Assembly (NCBI GenBank): GCA_014860625.1
Contig: JACZJJ010000161.1
Coordinates: forward strand, 7,120 to 71,119
Reading direction: 5' to 3'
Length of the DNA stretch: 64,000 bases
From: Bacteroidales bacterium
GTDB taxonomy: Bacteria > Bacteroidota > Bacteroidia > Bacteroidales > FEN-979
Shown: positions 30,136 through 39,858 of the stretch, one piece after another
Numbering within the stretch: the first letter of the stretch is position 1
How the letters are laid out: each line of letters opens with the position of its first letter
Program-made: the position numbers and the translations under genes
Notes under the pieces: model-generated
What the model saw: the letters and a program-made list of their open reading frames with translations, nothing else
Databases searched by the model: none
Told to the model about the DNA's origin: nothing

Positions 30136-30786
30136 ATGATGACGAAGAAAGAGCGATATCAGGCGGTGATCCGGTATTTTCAGGAACACAATCCGGATGC
30201 CGAAACGGAACTTGATTATACGGAACCCTATCACCTGATCGTGGCTGTGATCCTGTCCGCTCAGTGCACAGATAAGCGGGTAAACATGATCACGCCGGCG
30301 TTTTTTGAAAAGTTTCCCACTGTCTCTTCCCTGGCAACAGCCACTCAGGAGGAGGTGTTTGAACCGATCAAAAGCTGTTCTTACCCGAATAACAAGGCCA
30401 AGAACCTCATCGGGATGGCCAAAACCCTCCTGGCTGAATTCGACGGGGTGATGCCTTCTGATGTCGATGAGTTGCAGAAATTGCCAGGTGTTGGACGGAA
30501 AACAGCCAATGTGCTGGCTTCTGTATTGTTTAACAAGCCTGCCATGGCGGTTGACACGCATGTACATCGGATATCGGCAAGGATCGGACTGACAACCGGC
30601 GCAAAAAACCCTCTGCAAACCGAGATGCAATTGATCAAACACATCCCTGAAGAGTTGATCCCATTGGCACATCACTGGCTCATCCTTCACGGAAGGTATG
30701 TATGTGTGGCCCGGAAGCCTAAATGCGGGGAGTGCGGCCTGAAGCACATCTGTCTTCACTATGAGAAAGAACATCTCTCCTGTTGA
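30136..30786 (+). CDS. nth: Endonuclease III
   Basis: 216 aa. HhH-GPD motif (LPGVGRKTANVL), catalytic context VDTHV.R and the [4Fe-4S] motif CVARKPKCGECGLKHIC. Confidence 0.92.
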   Translation: MMTKKERYQAVIRYFQEHNPDAETELDYTEPYHLIVAVILSAQCTDKRVNMITPAFFEKFPTVSSLATATQEEVFEPIKSCSYPNNKAKNLIGMAKTLLAEFDGVMPSDVDELQKLPGVGRKTANVLASVLFNKPAMAVDTHVHRISARIGLTTGAKNPLQTEMQLIKHIPEELIPLAHHWLILHGRYVCVARKPKCGECGLKHICLHYEKEHLSC

Positions 30787-30806
30787 TAACTCGACGCTTA
30801 ATTTTC

Positions 30807-30836
30807 TTTGTACCACCTAAGTTTTTTCTATTTTTG
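30807..30836 (+). promoter_or_regulatory. Candidate Bacteroidota promoter: -33 TTTG (30807-30810) and -7 TATTTTTG (30829-30836)
   Basis: Both consensus elements are present with an 18-nt spacer, about 40 nt upstream of the bcp-remnant ATG. This is probably the promoter that drives recA. Confidence 0.5.
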
Positions 30837-30877
30837 AGATCGTGAACTGAACGTTGATTTTTCATAATTCTGAGACG

Positions 30878-31190
30878 ATGCCGAAACTAACGATTGGTGA
30901 TAAAGCACTGGATTTTCATGCAGTGACCCAATCGGGCAGAGAGGTTAGCCTCGAACGTTTTAAAGGGAAAAAGAAGGCATCCTATGAAAAAATTATTTAA
31001 AAAATGTATTACCTTTTGACCTGATTCCGGATATAGAGAAGAAAATCATCCGGAATTATGGTGCCTGGGGTAAAAAAAGGACCACGCGCAACAGATCCTG
31101 GCAGTATTAACGTAGAGACGGGGCATGCTTCGTCTATACGGGTGATGCTTATCACCTTGAACGGGAAAGCACTGCCCATAAAAGAAAGGA
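30878..31190 (+). pseudogene. bcp: Degraded peroxiredoxin (Bcp-type) gene
   Basis: Hand translation gives three fragments. Fragment 1: 30878-31000, MPKLTIGDKALDFHAVTQSGREVSLERFKGKK, then an early stop; it lacks the catalytic PxxxTxxC block. Fragment 2: frame +1 from about 31003, NVLPFDLIPDIEKKIIRNYGAWGKK. Fragment 3: about 31130-31190, [19 protein letters not shown]. All three resemble successive Bcp segments but are interrupted by a deletion, frameshifts and stops. Confidence 0.55.
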
Positions 31191-31197
31191 AAGAGAA

Positions 31198-32208
31198 ATG
31201 GCAAAAGATGCTGAAGAAAACAAAGAAAAAATGAAAGCGTTACAACTAACGCTTGACAAGCTGGAAAAGACTTATGGCAGGGGTACTGTCATGAAATTGG
31301 GTGACTCGGCTGTGGTAAAGGTAGATGTGATCAAGACCGGATCAATCGGGCTGGATGCAGCACTCGGGATTGGAGGATTGCCAAGGGGAAGGGTAATCGA
31401 AATCTACGGCCCTGAGTCGTCGGGAAAGACCACCCTGGCGCTTCATGCAATTGCCGAGGCTCAGAAAACCGGCGGTATTGCAGCCTTTATTGATGCGGAG
31501 CACGCCTTTGACCGGTTTTATGCCCAGAAGTTGGGGGTTGATGTGGAGAATCTGCTGGTGTCTCAACCCGACAACGGCGAGCAGGCTCTTGAGATTACTG
31601 AGAACCTGATACGTTCAGGCGCGATCGACATTATTGTAATCGACTCTGTTGCTGCGTTGACCCCAAAGAGTGAGATCGAAGGTGAAATGGGCGATTCCAA
31701 GATGGGATTGCAGGCCAGGTTAATGTCCCAGGCATTGCGGAAGCTTACTTCGACGATCTCTAAAACTGCAACATGCTGCATTTTTATCAACCAGTTGAGA
31801 GAGAAAATCGGTGTCATGTTTGGGAATCCCGAGACTACCACCGGAGGGAATGCTTTGAAGTTTTATGCTTCGGTAAGACTGGATATCCGCAGACAAGCTC
31901 AGATCAAGGACGGGGATGAAGCGATTGGCAATCATGTGAAAGTCAAGGTGGTGAAAAATAAAGTTGCTCCTCCCTTCAGGAAGGCCGAATTCGATATCAT
32001 GTTTGGCGAAGGAATTTCGAGAACGTATGAGATCATTGACCTGGCAACAGAACTGAACATTGTCAAGAAAAGCGGCTCGTGGTTCAGCTATGGAGAGACA
32101 AAGCTTGGACAGGGGAGAGATGCAGTGAAGAAAATCCTGGTGGATAACCCTGAACTTGCTGATGAACTGGAAGGTAAAATCATGGATGCATTATTAGGAA
32201 AAGGCTGA
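31198..32208 (+). CDS. recA: Recombinase RecA
   Basis: 336 aa. Walker A motif GPESSGKTT, plus [17 protein letters not shown] and L1/L2 loop contexts. Confidence 0.97.
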   Translation: MAKDAEENKEKMKALQLTLDKLEKTYGRGTVMKLGDSAVVKVDVIKTGSIGLDAALGIGGLPRGRVIEIYGPESSGKTTLALHAIAEAQKTGGIAAFIDAEHAFDRFYAQKLGVDVENLLVSQPDNGEQALEITENLIRSGAIDIIVIDSVAALTPKSEIEGEMGDSKMGLQARLMSQALRKLTSTISKTATCCIFINQLREKIGVMFGNPETTTGGNALKFYASVRLDIRRQAQIKDGDEAIGNHVKVKVVKNKVAPPFRKAEFDIMFGEGISRTYEIIDLATELNIVKKSGSWFSYGETKLGQGRDAVKKILVDNPELADELEGKIMDALLGKG

Positions 32209-32209
32209 T

Positions 32210-33235
32210 ATGAGAAATAGGTTTGTTGGAATTATTCTCGTCTTCCTGACTGTTTTCATGGGATGTGGCCCGTCACAACCCGCTCAGGAAGAGCGATCAA
32301 CGGTTGATTCATCCGGTCTCTACCTGCAAGATCTGAATCAGGCCATCGCAGATAATGAGCAGGATCCTGATCTCTTCAATAAGCGAGCTCAGTTCTTTTT
32401 GGGCGAGCGCGAGTTTGACAACGCGCTGAAAGATATCAACAAAGCCATTTCATTGGATGACAAGAATCCGGACTATTACCTGACGCTTTCTGATATCCAG
32501 CTCCTTATGGGGCAGACCGACAATTGTATGACGGCTCTTTCCCGGGCTGCGGCGCTCGATCCGAACAGTCAGGAAGCCAGACTGAAGATGGCCCAACTTT
32601 ATTTGATCCTGAGAAATTACGATGGCATGTTCAGGCTAACCAGGGAGTTGATCTCCATGGATGATTACAATCCGCGTGCTTACTTTTTACAGGCAATAGG
32701 GCATCTTGAGCAAGGCGACACCGCCAGGGCTGTAGGGGACCTGATGAAGGCAGTTGATCAGGATCAGCAATTCTACGATGCCTATATGCAATTGGGAGAG
32801 CTGTTCTCTCTCCGGAACGACCCGCTGGCGGAAGGATATCTGTCGAATGCGCTGCGTACAAGACCTGACAACAAAGAAGCGCTCTATTTGCTGGGGATGT
32901 ATTATCAAAATACAGAGCAGTTTGAAAAAGCTCTTCAAACCTATGACCGGCTGGTTGTGGCAGCACCGGAGTTCAGGAGTGCACCCTTTAACAAAGGGTA
33001 TATCTACCTGGTCTACCTCACCGATTTCCCACAGGCCATTGAGGCTTTTTCTGATGCCATTCGTGTTGACCCGAATTATGCAGATGCCTTTTTTAACCGG
33101 GGATACGCGTATGAGCTGAATGAACAACCAGACCTGGCGTATCAGGACTATAAAAGAACGTTAAAACTGGATGTGAACAATCCACGAGCTGTGGAGGGGC
33201 TGAACAGGTTGGATCAGGCCAGAAAAATCAGATAA
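32210..33235 (+). CDS. TPR-repeat lipoprotein
   Basis: 341 aa. Lipobox (VFMGC) and repeated TPR units. Starts 1 nt after the recA stop. Confidence 0.7.
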   Translation: MRNRFVGIILVFLTVFMGCGPSQPAQEERSTVDSSGLYLQDLNQAIADNEQDPDLFNKRAQFFLGEREFDNALKDINKAISLDDKNPDYYLTLSDIQLLMGQTDNCMTALSRAAALDPNSQEARLKMAQLYLILRNYDGMFRLTRELISMDDYNPRAYFLQAIGHLEQGDTARAVGDLMKAVDQDQQFYDAYMQLGELFSLRNDPLAEGYLSNALRTRPDNKEALYLLGMYYQNTEQFEKALQTYDRLVVAAPEFRSAPFNKGYIYLVYLTDFPQAIEAFSDAIRVDPNYADAFFNRGYAYELNEQPDLAYQDYKRTLKLDVNNPRAVEGLNRLDQARKIR

Positions 33236-33569
33236 AATCCTTTTTCAGGTCCTGTAATTCAGTAACAAGCGATTCTGTTGCCTGTTTCAGATTGACAAAA
33301 AGCTCTTGCATCCCTTCGCTGGACTCATGTTTGGCACGCTCGTCGAGGGACCGGGAGAGTTCGATGGTGGGTGGGTCCATAAAATTAGCGATAACTCCTT
33401 TCAGGCTATGAGCATTGAACTTTAATCCGGCGTAATCCTGCGCGGATATGTTGTTCTGAATATTCGTGAGTCGCGCCTCATATTCACCTAAGAAAATATC
33501 AATGATCTCAATGACAACCTCATTGTCAAGGTAAACAAAATTCTCTTTGAATTTTTCCCGATCGATCAT
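33228..33569 (-). CDS. Stand-alone histidine phosphotransfer (Hpt) domain protein
   Basis: 113 aa. Hpt signature HSLKGVIANF in a four-helix-bundle-length protein. Its 3' end overlaps the convergent TPR gene by 8 nt. Confidence 0.7.
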   Translation of the reverse strand: MIDREKFKENFVYLDNEVVIEIIDIFLGEYEARLTNIQNNISAQDYAGLKFNAHSLKGVIANFMDPPTIELSRSLDERAKHESSEGMQELFVNLKQATESLVTELQDLKKDFI

Positions 33570-33602
33570 AGCCTCAAATTTATGTTTGCAAATATAACCA
33601 TT

Positions 33603-34169
33603 TCAAAGAATATCCAGATATTCAGCTTCACCTCCACCAGAATTTCCTTCCTGGTACAGTAAATAATGAATGGCAGCATGACAGTTTACAATTTTATACC
33701 CATATCGGGTTTCGAACAAACGCCGGCATTCCTTGACCGCATTCTCCTGGAATAAGAGTTGCGGCTTCTGAATCAGAAGAAGGAAATCTTTCAGGTCCTG
33801 GTAAAGGTCTGTGATGCCTTCAGCAATACTGGCACGGATGGCATCATGTTGTGATTTTTCATGCAGGTCAATGAAGTAGAAGATATCTTCCTGCCCGAGT
33901 TTCTCTCTGATTTCATTAAATGTCTGTTCCCATTGCTCTTGAGTGACATAATGCTCAACGGCGTCTTCATCCGCCACCTGGACATCGGGTAATAAGGAGG
34001 CTTTCAGGTAAATTGCAGGCAGTACTCTCTGGAAATAAACCAGAATCTGTTCACGTGTGTAATCACCTGCTTTTTCAACAAAGAGCGTAAAATCATTGGC
34101 AACGGTTATCATATCCAGTACCTGTCTGGATTTAAGAATTGTTTCGTTGCCCGTGGTAGATATCTGCAT
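33603..34169 (-). CDS. Hypothetical cytoplasmic protein (possibly DUF5063-like)
   Basis: 188 aa, no signal peptide or TM helix, helical and acidic. The family name is from memory only and is unverified. Confidence 0.35.
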   Translation of the reverse strand: MQISTTGNETILKSRQVLDMITVANDFTLFVEKAGDYTREQILVYFQRVLPAIYLKASLLPDVQVADEDAVEHYVTQEQWEQTFNEIREKLGQEDIFYFIDLHEKSQHDAIRASIAEGITDLYQDLKDFLLLIQKPQLLFQENAVKECRRLFETRYGYKIVNCHAAIHYLLYQEGNSGGGEAEYLDIL

Positions 34170-34198
34170 AAGGAAAAAGGATTAAACAAAGGTACAGA

Positions 34199-36190
34199 TT
34201 AATTTCTCATCGTTTGAATGTATGGTGCTATTGGTCCAAAATCCTTTTTCTCGAAATTGGTGGTCTCGAATAAATCAAACTGGATTAAAGGAACCCCTGG
34301 CGTTGTAGGATAAATGAAGCAAGAGATAATGAGGGTTGGGAAGATCAGGTTGTCGTTTCTAAACAACAGACCAACCCCAATACCTGTCATTAACTTCGAT
34401 TGCCAGAGTGATTTGTCTTTCGGTGCGGATAATCCTGCCCAAACTGTTCCCTGTAAGGCAAAGCGAAACCCGTAAAAGTACCAGGGGGTATATGCAACGG
34501 TTGAGAAAGAGAGAAACCCGACCTGACTTCCATCAAAAAGGGAGTCAGTATTTACCGAAGGGATTTTTGCTGCTTCAGCTAGGTCGTAGTAATCATGATT
34601 GGTTTCAAGTTCATTAAATAACAGATTATACCTTAAGTTGATATAGGATCTGAATTTGAATCGCTTGCTTTTTGAAAAATAGAGGTAGCTCATAAAGAGT
34701 GATTCAACTTTCAGCAAACCATCCTCGAAACGGTCACGGTGAAGGTAACCCCCTAAGCTCACCTTTCCTAATAGGTATCCGAAGTTCTTTATAAAATTTC
34801 CGGCTGAGGCCCCGATATTTATATAAAACCGGGTATAAAAATCAGTTATTGCCGGTCCAACAGTTATTTGACCCAGGTAACCATAAGGGAATGCCTCCGT
34901 TTTACCAAATTGAAAAATATAATCAGTGTTGTAATATTTGTTTCTTGAAAGTTGCAGGCTTGTAAGGAAGGTTGTGGTGTTTGAGTAGCCAGTGTTGGAA
35001 TCGATGGTCACAACGGGGCGACTGATATAATTCCGAAAGAAGACACTTTGAGCCAGTACCAACCGTGTGGCAGGATCTGCACCAATTGCCTGTGACGATA
35101 GTCCCAGCCATGCTCCTTCCTGATGGTACGTTGCAATCTGATAAAGTCCATCACTGTTGGGAACAGAGGTTTTTGCGAAGGTGAAGTTTATGCCGCCTGC
35201 CAACCTGGTTGAATAACTATAGAAAGGCCGGGAAAGATCAGTATAGAGTGTTTGATTGCCATCGTCGTCCTGTGATAACGAGATCGTCGCATCGATAAAT
35301 GATCGGCCAATATTCGTAAAAGTATATGAGAGGCCATCAAATCGAAAAAATGGTGCCCGCTTATAATTTACGGACCAGAAAACGGAGAACCGGTCACCAC
35401 TCCCCAGGAAGTTAGCGTCGTACAAGCTGCCGCGATATCTTGTAAGATCGATAGCTATAAAGGTAGCTCCGATGGACCAGGTATCTTTCGTGATGACAAC
35501 GATATCAACCGTATCGCTGCCCGGCGAGGTCTCTGTAACAACAATCCGGGCATCTGCCAGGTAGGGAAGTTCCTGCAGGATTCGCATGTTATCAGCAATT
35601 TGATCTGCATTTAGATGCTCTCCGGTATTGAACATCAGCTGATTTCTGATCACACTTTTTTGGGTGATCAAATGCACCTTGTTTCCAAACTTGGCCGCAC
35701 CTGTCTGAACGACTCCTGATGTATCAAAGATAGAGGATCCGAACGGATCAAGAGATTTGATATGAATGTTGCGGATATACATTCCCTGGTAAGGGCGAAA
35801 AGGGATCTCAATTTCCTGGGTTTGAATGCTGTCAGGCATGGTGCTTATCTGGGGAGCTACAAAAGCGAGATTATAAAGCAGCTTGGATAATCTGCTCCTG
35901 CCAAACTTCTTATACAGGGTATCGTAAAGTGATTCTGTTCTTAATTTGTTGATCTCCTCTGCCCGGAGTTTTCGTATGGAACCAATAACAATAGAGGTGT
36001 CTTTGGAAAAAGTAAAATACTCGGTAGGACCGATAAAGTAGATTCCGGGTTTAAAATGGATGGTATCATATTTCAGAATACCATTGGGTATATCACTCTT
36101 ATGATCTCTCTTCTGGCTATATCCGTGGAGAGGAAGAGAGAATAGAACAAGATGCAGGAATAGCAGGCAATAGATTTGAGGTCTGAACAT
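34199..36190 (-). CDS. Omp85 (BamA/TamA)-family outer-membrane protein
   Basis: 663 aa with a signal peptide. POTRA-like segment (IRNIHIKSLDPFG ... VIRNQLMFNTGEHLNADQIADNMRILQELPYLADARIVV...VDIVVITKDTWS), then a long alternating beta-strand region. Confidence 0.55.
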   Translation of the reverse strand: MFRPQIYCLLFLHLVLFSLPLHGYSQKRDHKSDIPNGILKYDTIHFKPGIYFIGPTEYFTFSKDTSIVIGSIRKLRAEEINKLRTESLYDTLYKKFGRSRLSKLLYNLAFVAPQISTMPDSIQTQEIEIPFRPYQGMYIRNIHIKSLDPFGSSIFDTSGVVQTGAAKFGNKVHLITQKSVIRNQLMFNTGEHLNADQIADNMRILQELPYLADARIVVTETSPGSDTVDIVVITKDTWSIGATFIAIDLTRYRGSLYDANFLGSGDRFSVFWSVNYKRAPFFRFDGLSYTFTNIGRSFIDATISLSQDDDGNQTLYTDLSRPFYSYSTRLAGGINFTFAKTSVPNSDGLYQIATYHQEGAWLGLSSQAIGADPATRLVLAQSVFFRNYISRPVVTIDSNTGYSNTTTFLTSLQLSRNKYYNTDYIFQFGKTEAFPYGYLGQITVGPAITDFYTRFYINIGASAGNFIKNFGYLLGKVSLGGYLHRDRFEDGLLKVESLFMSYLYFSKSKRFKFRSYINLRYNLLFNELETNHDYYDLAEAAKIPSVNTDSLFDGSQVGFLSFSTVAYTPWYFYGFRFALQGTVWAGLSAPKDKSLWQSKLMTGIGVGLLFRNDNLIFPTLIISCFIYPTTPGVPLIQFDLFETTNFEKKDFGPIAPYIQTMRN

Positions 36191-37930
36191 CTATCTCAAC
36201 TTCATTGAACGGATGATCCCTTCAATTTTTGCATCCAGCAAGCTATTTACAGTGGAGTAATCACTTCGCCGGGTAAGCGGAGCCCTCACACCGAAATAGT
36301 ATTTTATTTTTGGCTCTGTCCCGGAAGGTCTCACACTGATTACGCTTCCATCTTCGAGAATAAATTGAAGCACATTTGATGAAGGAAGATGGATTGAAGT
36401 AACTGTTCCGGTTTCAAGATTTTTCTCTTCCAGGGAGAGATAATCTTTCACAGAAATTACCTTGATGCCATTGATCGATTTCATGGGATGGCTTCGGTAG
36501 TTGACCATCATTTGCTGAATCTCTTCGGCACCGGCTTTCCCTTTTTTAGTCACCGATAGCAGGCTCTCCTTGTAGAAGGAGTAGTTCATGTATATATCCA
36601 GAAGGAGGTCGAAAAGAGTTTTCCCCTGATCGGCCATCCAGGCCGCAGTCTCGGCTATCATAGCACAGGCACTCACGGCATCTTTGTCTCTTACAAAGTC
36701 GCCGATCAAATAGCCGTAACTCTCTTCACCACCTACGATAAACCTCTTTGTTCCCTCATATTTCCTGATGATATCTGCAATAAACTTAAAGCCGGTAAGC
36801 ACATCAAAGTATTCAAGTTTGAATGACATTGCGATATCGCGGAGAAGTTCTGATGTGACAATGGTCTTAATAATATACTCATTGCCAGTAAACCGGCCGA
36901 GTTCTTTCCAGCGGTTGAGGATATAGTAAAAAAGCAGGGCAGCAGTCTGATTGCCGTTGAGAAGGATAAATCTCCCCGAGGGGTCTTTCACGGCAATTCC
37001 AACCCTGTCGGCATCGGGGTCTGTAGCCATAACCAGGTCGGCGTCTTCCTTTTCAGCCAATTTGATAGCCATACTGAGCGCATCGTGTTCTTCCGGGTTT
37101 GGGGAATGAACGGTTGGGAAGTTGCCATCGGCTGTTGCCTGTTCTTCTACAACGATGACATTGGTAAATCCAAATTGCTTTAATATCTCAGGAATGATTG
37201 TCCTCCCGGTCCCGTGCAGTGGTGTGTATACAATCTTAAGTCTGTGCTGCCTCTTTATGGCATCAGGGGATAAGCGAAGAGCCAGGATTTGAGACAAATA
37301 TTCGTCGTCGATCTCTTTGCCAACAGGGATGATCATTTCCTGGTTTCCGTGCCATTTGACCTGGTCGACCGAGGTGATTTGCTGGACCTCTTTGATGACG
37401 TTTTTGTCGTGCGGAGCAATCATCTGCGCACCATCATCCCAGTAAGCCTTGTATCCGTTATACTCTTTGGGGTTATGGGAAGCAGTGAGCATAACACCAC
37501 TCTGGCATCCGAGGTAGCGTATGGCGAAAGAGAGTTCGGGAGTTGGCCTGAGGGCGTCAAATACGAAAACTTTGCAGCCGTTTGCCGCAAGAACTTCTGC
37601 GGTGATTTGTGCAAAATAGGGACTGTTGTTCCGGCTGTCGAAGGATATGGCCAGGCTGATCGGTGCAACGTCGGGGAACATCTTTTTCAGGTAATTGGCC
37701 AGCCCCTGGGTAGCCATCCCAACCGTGTATTTGTTCATCCGGTTGGTTCCGACTCCCATGATGCCGCGTAAGCCACCGGTTCCGAATTCCAGGTCGCGGT
37801 AAAATGCATCGGTTAAAGAGACAGGGTCTGTCTCAATAAGTCTTCTAACCTCCGCCTTGGTCTCGTCATCAAAATTTCCATCCAGCCATGCTTGTGCACG
37901 CTTTAGAATATTCTTGTCTATCTGTTCCAT
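36191..37930 (-). CDS. pgcA: Phosphoglucomutase / phospho-sugar mutase
   Basis: 579 aa. Contains GTGGLRG, the active-site TASHNP, the metal loop TDPDADR and GEESYG. Confidence 0.85.
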   Translation of the reverse strand: MEQIDKNILKRAQAWLDGNFDDETKAEVRRLIETDPVSLTDAFYRDLEFGTGGLRGIMGVGTNRMNKYTVGMATQGLANYLKKMFPDVAPISLAISFDSRNNSPYFAQITAEVLAANGCKVFVFDALRPTPELSFAIRYLGCQSGVMLTASHNPKEYNGYKAYWDDGAQMIAPHDKNVIKEVQQITSVDQVKWHGNQEMIIPVGKEIDDEYLSQILALRLSPDAIKRQHRLKIVYTPLHGTGRTIIPEILKQFGFTNVIVVEEQATADGNFPTVHSPNPEEHDALSMAIKLAEKEDADLVMATDPDADRVGIAVKDPSGRFILLNGNQTAALLFYYILNRWKELGRFTGNEYIIKTIVTSELLRDIAMSFKLEYFDVLTGFKFIADIIRKYEGTKRFIVGGEESYGYLIGDFVRDKDAVSACAMIAETAAWMADQGKTLFDLLLDIYMNYSFYKESLLSVTKKGKAGAEEIQQMMVNYRSHPMKSINGIKVISVKDYLSLEEKNLETGTVTSIHLPSSNVLQFILEDGSVISVRPSGTEPKIKYYFGVRAPLTRRSDYSTVNSLLDAKIEGIIRSMKLR

Positions 37931-37937
37931 AATTAGT

Positions 37938-38048
37938 TCTCAGTTGGCAGTCCTCAGTTGGCAGTCTGCATTGAGCCGCAATAAATTGCGGCTGTACTAT
38001 CGTCCCTCGTCCCTCGTCCCTCGTCCCTCGTCCTTCACCCTTCCTCCT
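37938..38048. repeat. Composite spacer: CTCAGTTGGCAGTC x2, the hairpin GCCGCAA-TAAA-TTGCGGC, then heptamers CGTCCCT x4 plus CGTCCTT/CACCCTT/CCTCCTT
   Basis: Read directly (coordinates +/-2). The heptamer array runs into the rfbD stop and last codons (...KEEG*). Confidence 0.85.
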
Positions 38049-38901
38049 TCAGCTTCAGAATACAATCCAACAGACTATCCCTCCAGTATGGGATTGAAAT
38101 CCCAAAGCGACTCTTGATCTTTGCCTTATTTAGTACGCTGTAGAATGGTCTGGGTGCCAGTTGAATGTAGTCCTTTGATTCGATGGGGTTAATTCGGCAA
38201 TTGATTTCGGCCAATTCAACAATTGCCACAGCAAAGTCGTACCAGGAAGCAACCCCTTCATTGGAATAATGGAACAGTTCCACCCCCCAGTTTTCTTTCA
38301 GGGAGGGGATGATCTCTACGATAGCCCTGCAGAGGTCCCTGGCGTAAGTTGGGGTTCCGATCTGATCAAAGATGACATTGAGGCTGCCACGTTCGCGGCC
38401 GTATTTCAAGATTGTCTTTACGAAATTCTGACCAAAGGAGGAGTAGAGCCAGGATGTACGGATAATCACACCCCGGTTTGCAAGGTTGAATACCGCCTCT
38501 TCCCCTTTGAACTTGCTTTTTGCGTAGACTGATATGGGGTTTGTTGGCACATCTTCCCGGTAGGGGGTATAAGAGCTTCCATCGAATACGTAATCCGTGG
38601 AGATATGGATAAGGATGGAGTCGGTTTCATTGGCGGCTTTAGCGAGGATCTCAACGGCAGTGCCATTGATCAGGTCCGCTTTGTCGGTGTCATGCTCAGC
38701 ATTGTCAACGGCAGTATAACCGGCGCAATTAATAATGACGTCAGGTTTCTCCCGTTGGATCAGGGTTTTGACGGCTTCCTGATCCGTGATGTCCAATTCA
38801 TCGACATCGGTAAAAATGTATTTGTTTGAGTAATCATTTCTGGCAATAACCTGAAATTCGTTACCCATCTGACCTTTTGAACCGGTTATCAGGAATTTCA
38901 T
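38035..38901 (-). CDS. rfbD: dTDP-4-dehydrorhamnose reductase
   Basis: 288 aa. Contains ITGSKGQ.G, INCAGYTAVD, the YAKSK catalytic motif and the RfbD-typical C-terminus. Confidence 0.85.
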   Translation of the reverse strand: MKFLITGSKGQMGNEFQVIARNDYSNKYIFTDVDELDITDQEAVKTLIQREKPDVIINCAGYTAVDNAEHDTDKADLINGTAVEILAKAANETDSILIHISTDYVFDGSSYTPYREDVPTNPISVYAKSKFKGEEAVFNLANRGVIIRTSWLYSSFGQNFVKTILKYGRERGSLNVIFDQIGTPTYARDLCRAIVEIIPSLKENWGVELFHYSNEGVASWYDFAVAIVELAEINCRINPIESKDYIQLAPRPFYSVLNKAKIKSRFGISIPYWRDSLLDCILKLKEEG

Positions 38902-38912
38902 TGCACAGTTGA

Positions 38913-39851
38913 TTAAACGATTCGTTTAAAGTAGTCTATCGTTCTTTTCAATCCCTCTTCGAGCGGGATCGTCGGTTCCCATCCAAGCTCTTTTCTGGCC
39001 AGGGTGATATTTGGCTGGCGTTGGGTCGGATCATCAGCAGGGAGAGGCATGTAGACGATTTTTGACCTGGAACCGGTTTGCTTCAGGACCAGTTCTGCGA
39101 GTTCCAGCATGGTAAACTCGCCAGGGTTTCCGACATTAACGGGACCGATAAAATCATCCCGGGTGTTCATCAGGCGGATCATGCCGTCAAGAAGGTCATC
39201 CACATAACAGAAGCTTCTGGTTTGGGAACCACTCCCGTAAATGGTGATATCTTCGCCTTTGAGAGCCTGCACGATAAAGTTCGAAACTACACGGCCATCG
39301 TGAGGATGCATTCGTGGGCCGTAAGTGTTAAAGATCCGGATAATCTTGATCTTGACATCGTTTTGCTTGTGATAATTGATAAACAGTGTTTCTGCTACCC
39401 GCTTGCCTTCATCGTAACAGGAGCGGGGGCCTATCGGATTAACATGACCCCAGTATTCTTCTGTTTGCGGATGAATTTCCGGGTCTCCGTATACCTCACT
39501 GGTAGATGCCTGGAGCACTTTTGCCTTGATTCGCTTGGCCAGACCCAGCATGTTGATCGCTCCCATCACCGATGTCTTCACAGTCTTGATCGGATTGTAC
39601 TGATAATGGATTGGAGAAGCCGGGCACGCCAGGTTATAGATCTCATCTACTTCAATGAAAAAAGGCATCGTGACGTCATGCCTGATCATCTCAAAATATG
39701 GATTATCCAGGAGGTGTACCACGTTTGTCTTTGATCCGGTGAAGTAGTTGTCGAGGCAGGCTACCTCATTTCCCTCTTTGAGCAGTCGTTCACAAAGATG
39801 AGAACCGAGGAAGCCAGCTCCCCCGGTGACCAGAATCTTCTTTTTTATCAT
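38913..39851 (-). CDS. UDP-glucuronate decarboxylase (UDP-xylose synthase)
   Basis: 312 aa. Contains [18 protein letters not shown], the YDEGKR catalytic motif and [10 protein letters not shown], diagnostic of UXS. Confidence 0.88.
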   Translation of the reverse strand: MIKKKILVTGGAGFLGSHLCERLLKEGNEVACLDNYFTGSKTNVVHLLDNPYFEMIRHDVTMPFFIEVDEIYNLACPASPIHYQYNPIKTVKTSVMGAINMLGLAKRIKAKVLQASTSEVYGDPEIHPQTEEYWGHVNPIGPRSCYDEGKRVAETLFINYHKQNDVKIKIIRIFNTYGPRMHPHDGRVVSNFIVQALKGEDITIYGSGSQTRSFCYVDDLLDGMIRLMNTRDDFIGPVNVGNPGEFTMLELAELVLKQTGSRSKIVYMPLPADDPTQRQPNITLARKELGWEPTIPLEEGLKRTIDYFKRIV

Positions 39852-39858
39852 TGACGTG

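Noticed and set aside
30133-30816. 227-aa ORF fully antisense to nth. Similar long antisense ORFs occur at 39078-39734 (in UXS), 19959-20618 (in glmM), 2687-3277 (in hydG) and 7385-8539 (in ligA).
   Set aside because: The sense-strand products are unmistakable conserved enzymes. The antisense ORFs are low-complexity or Arg/Ser/Leu-rich, as expected from codon-bias shadows.
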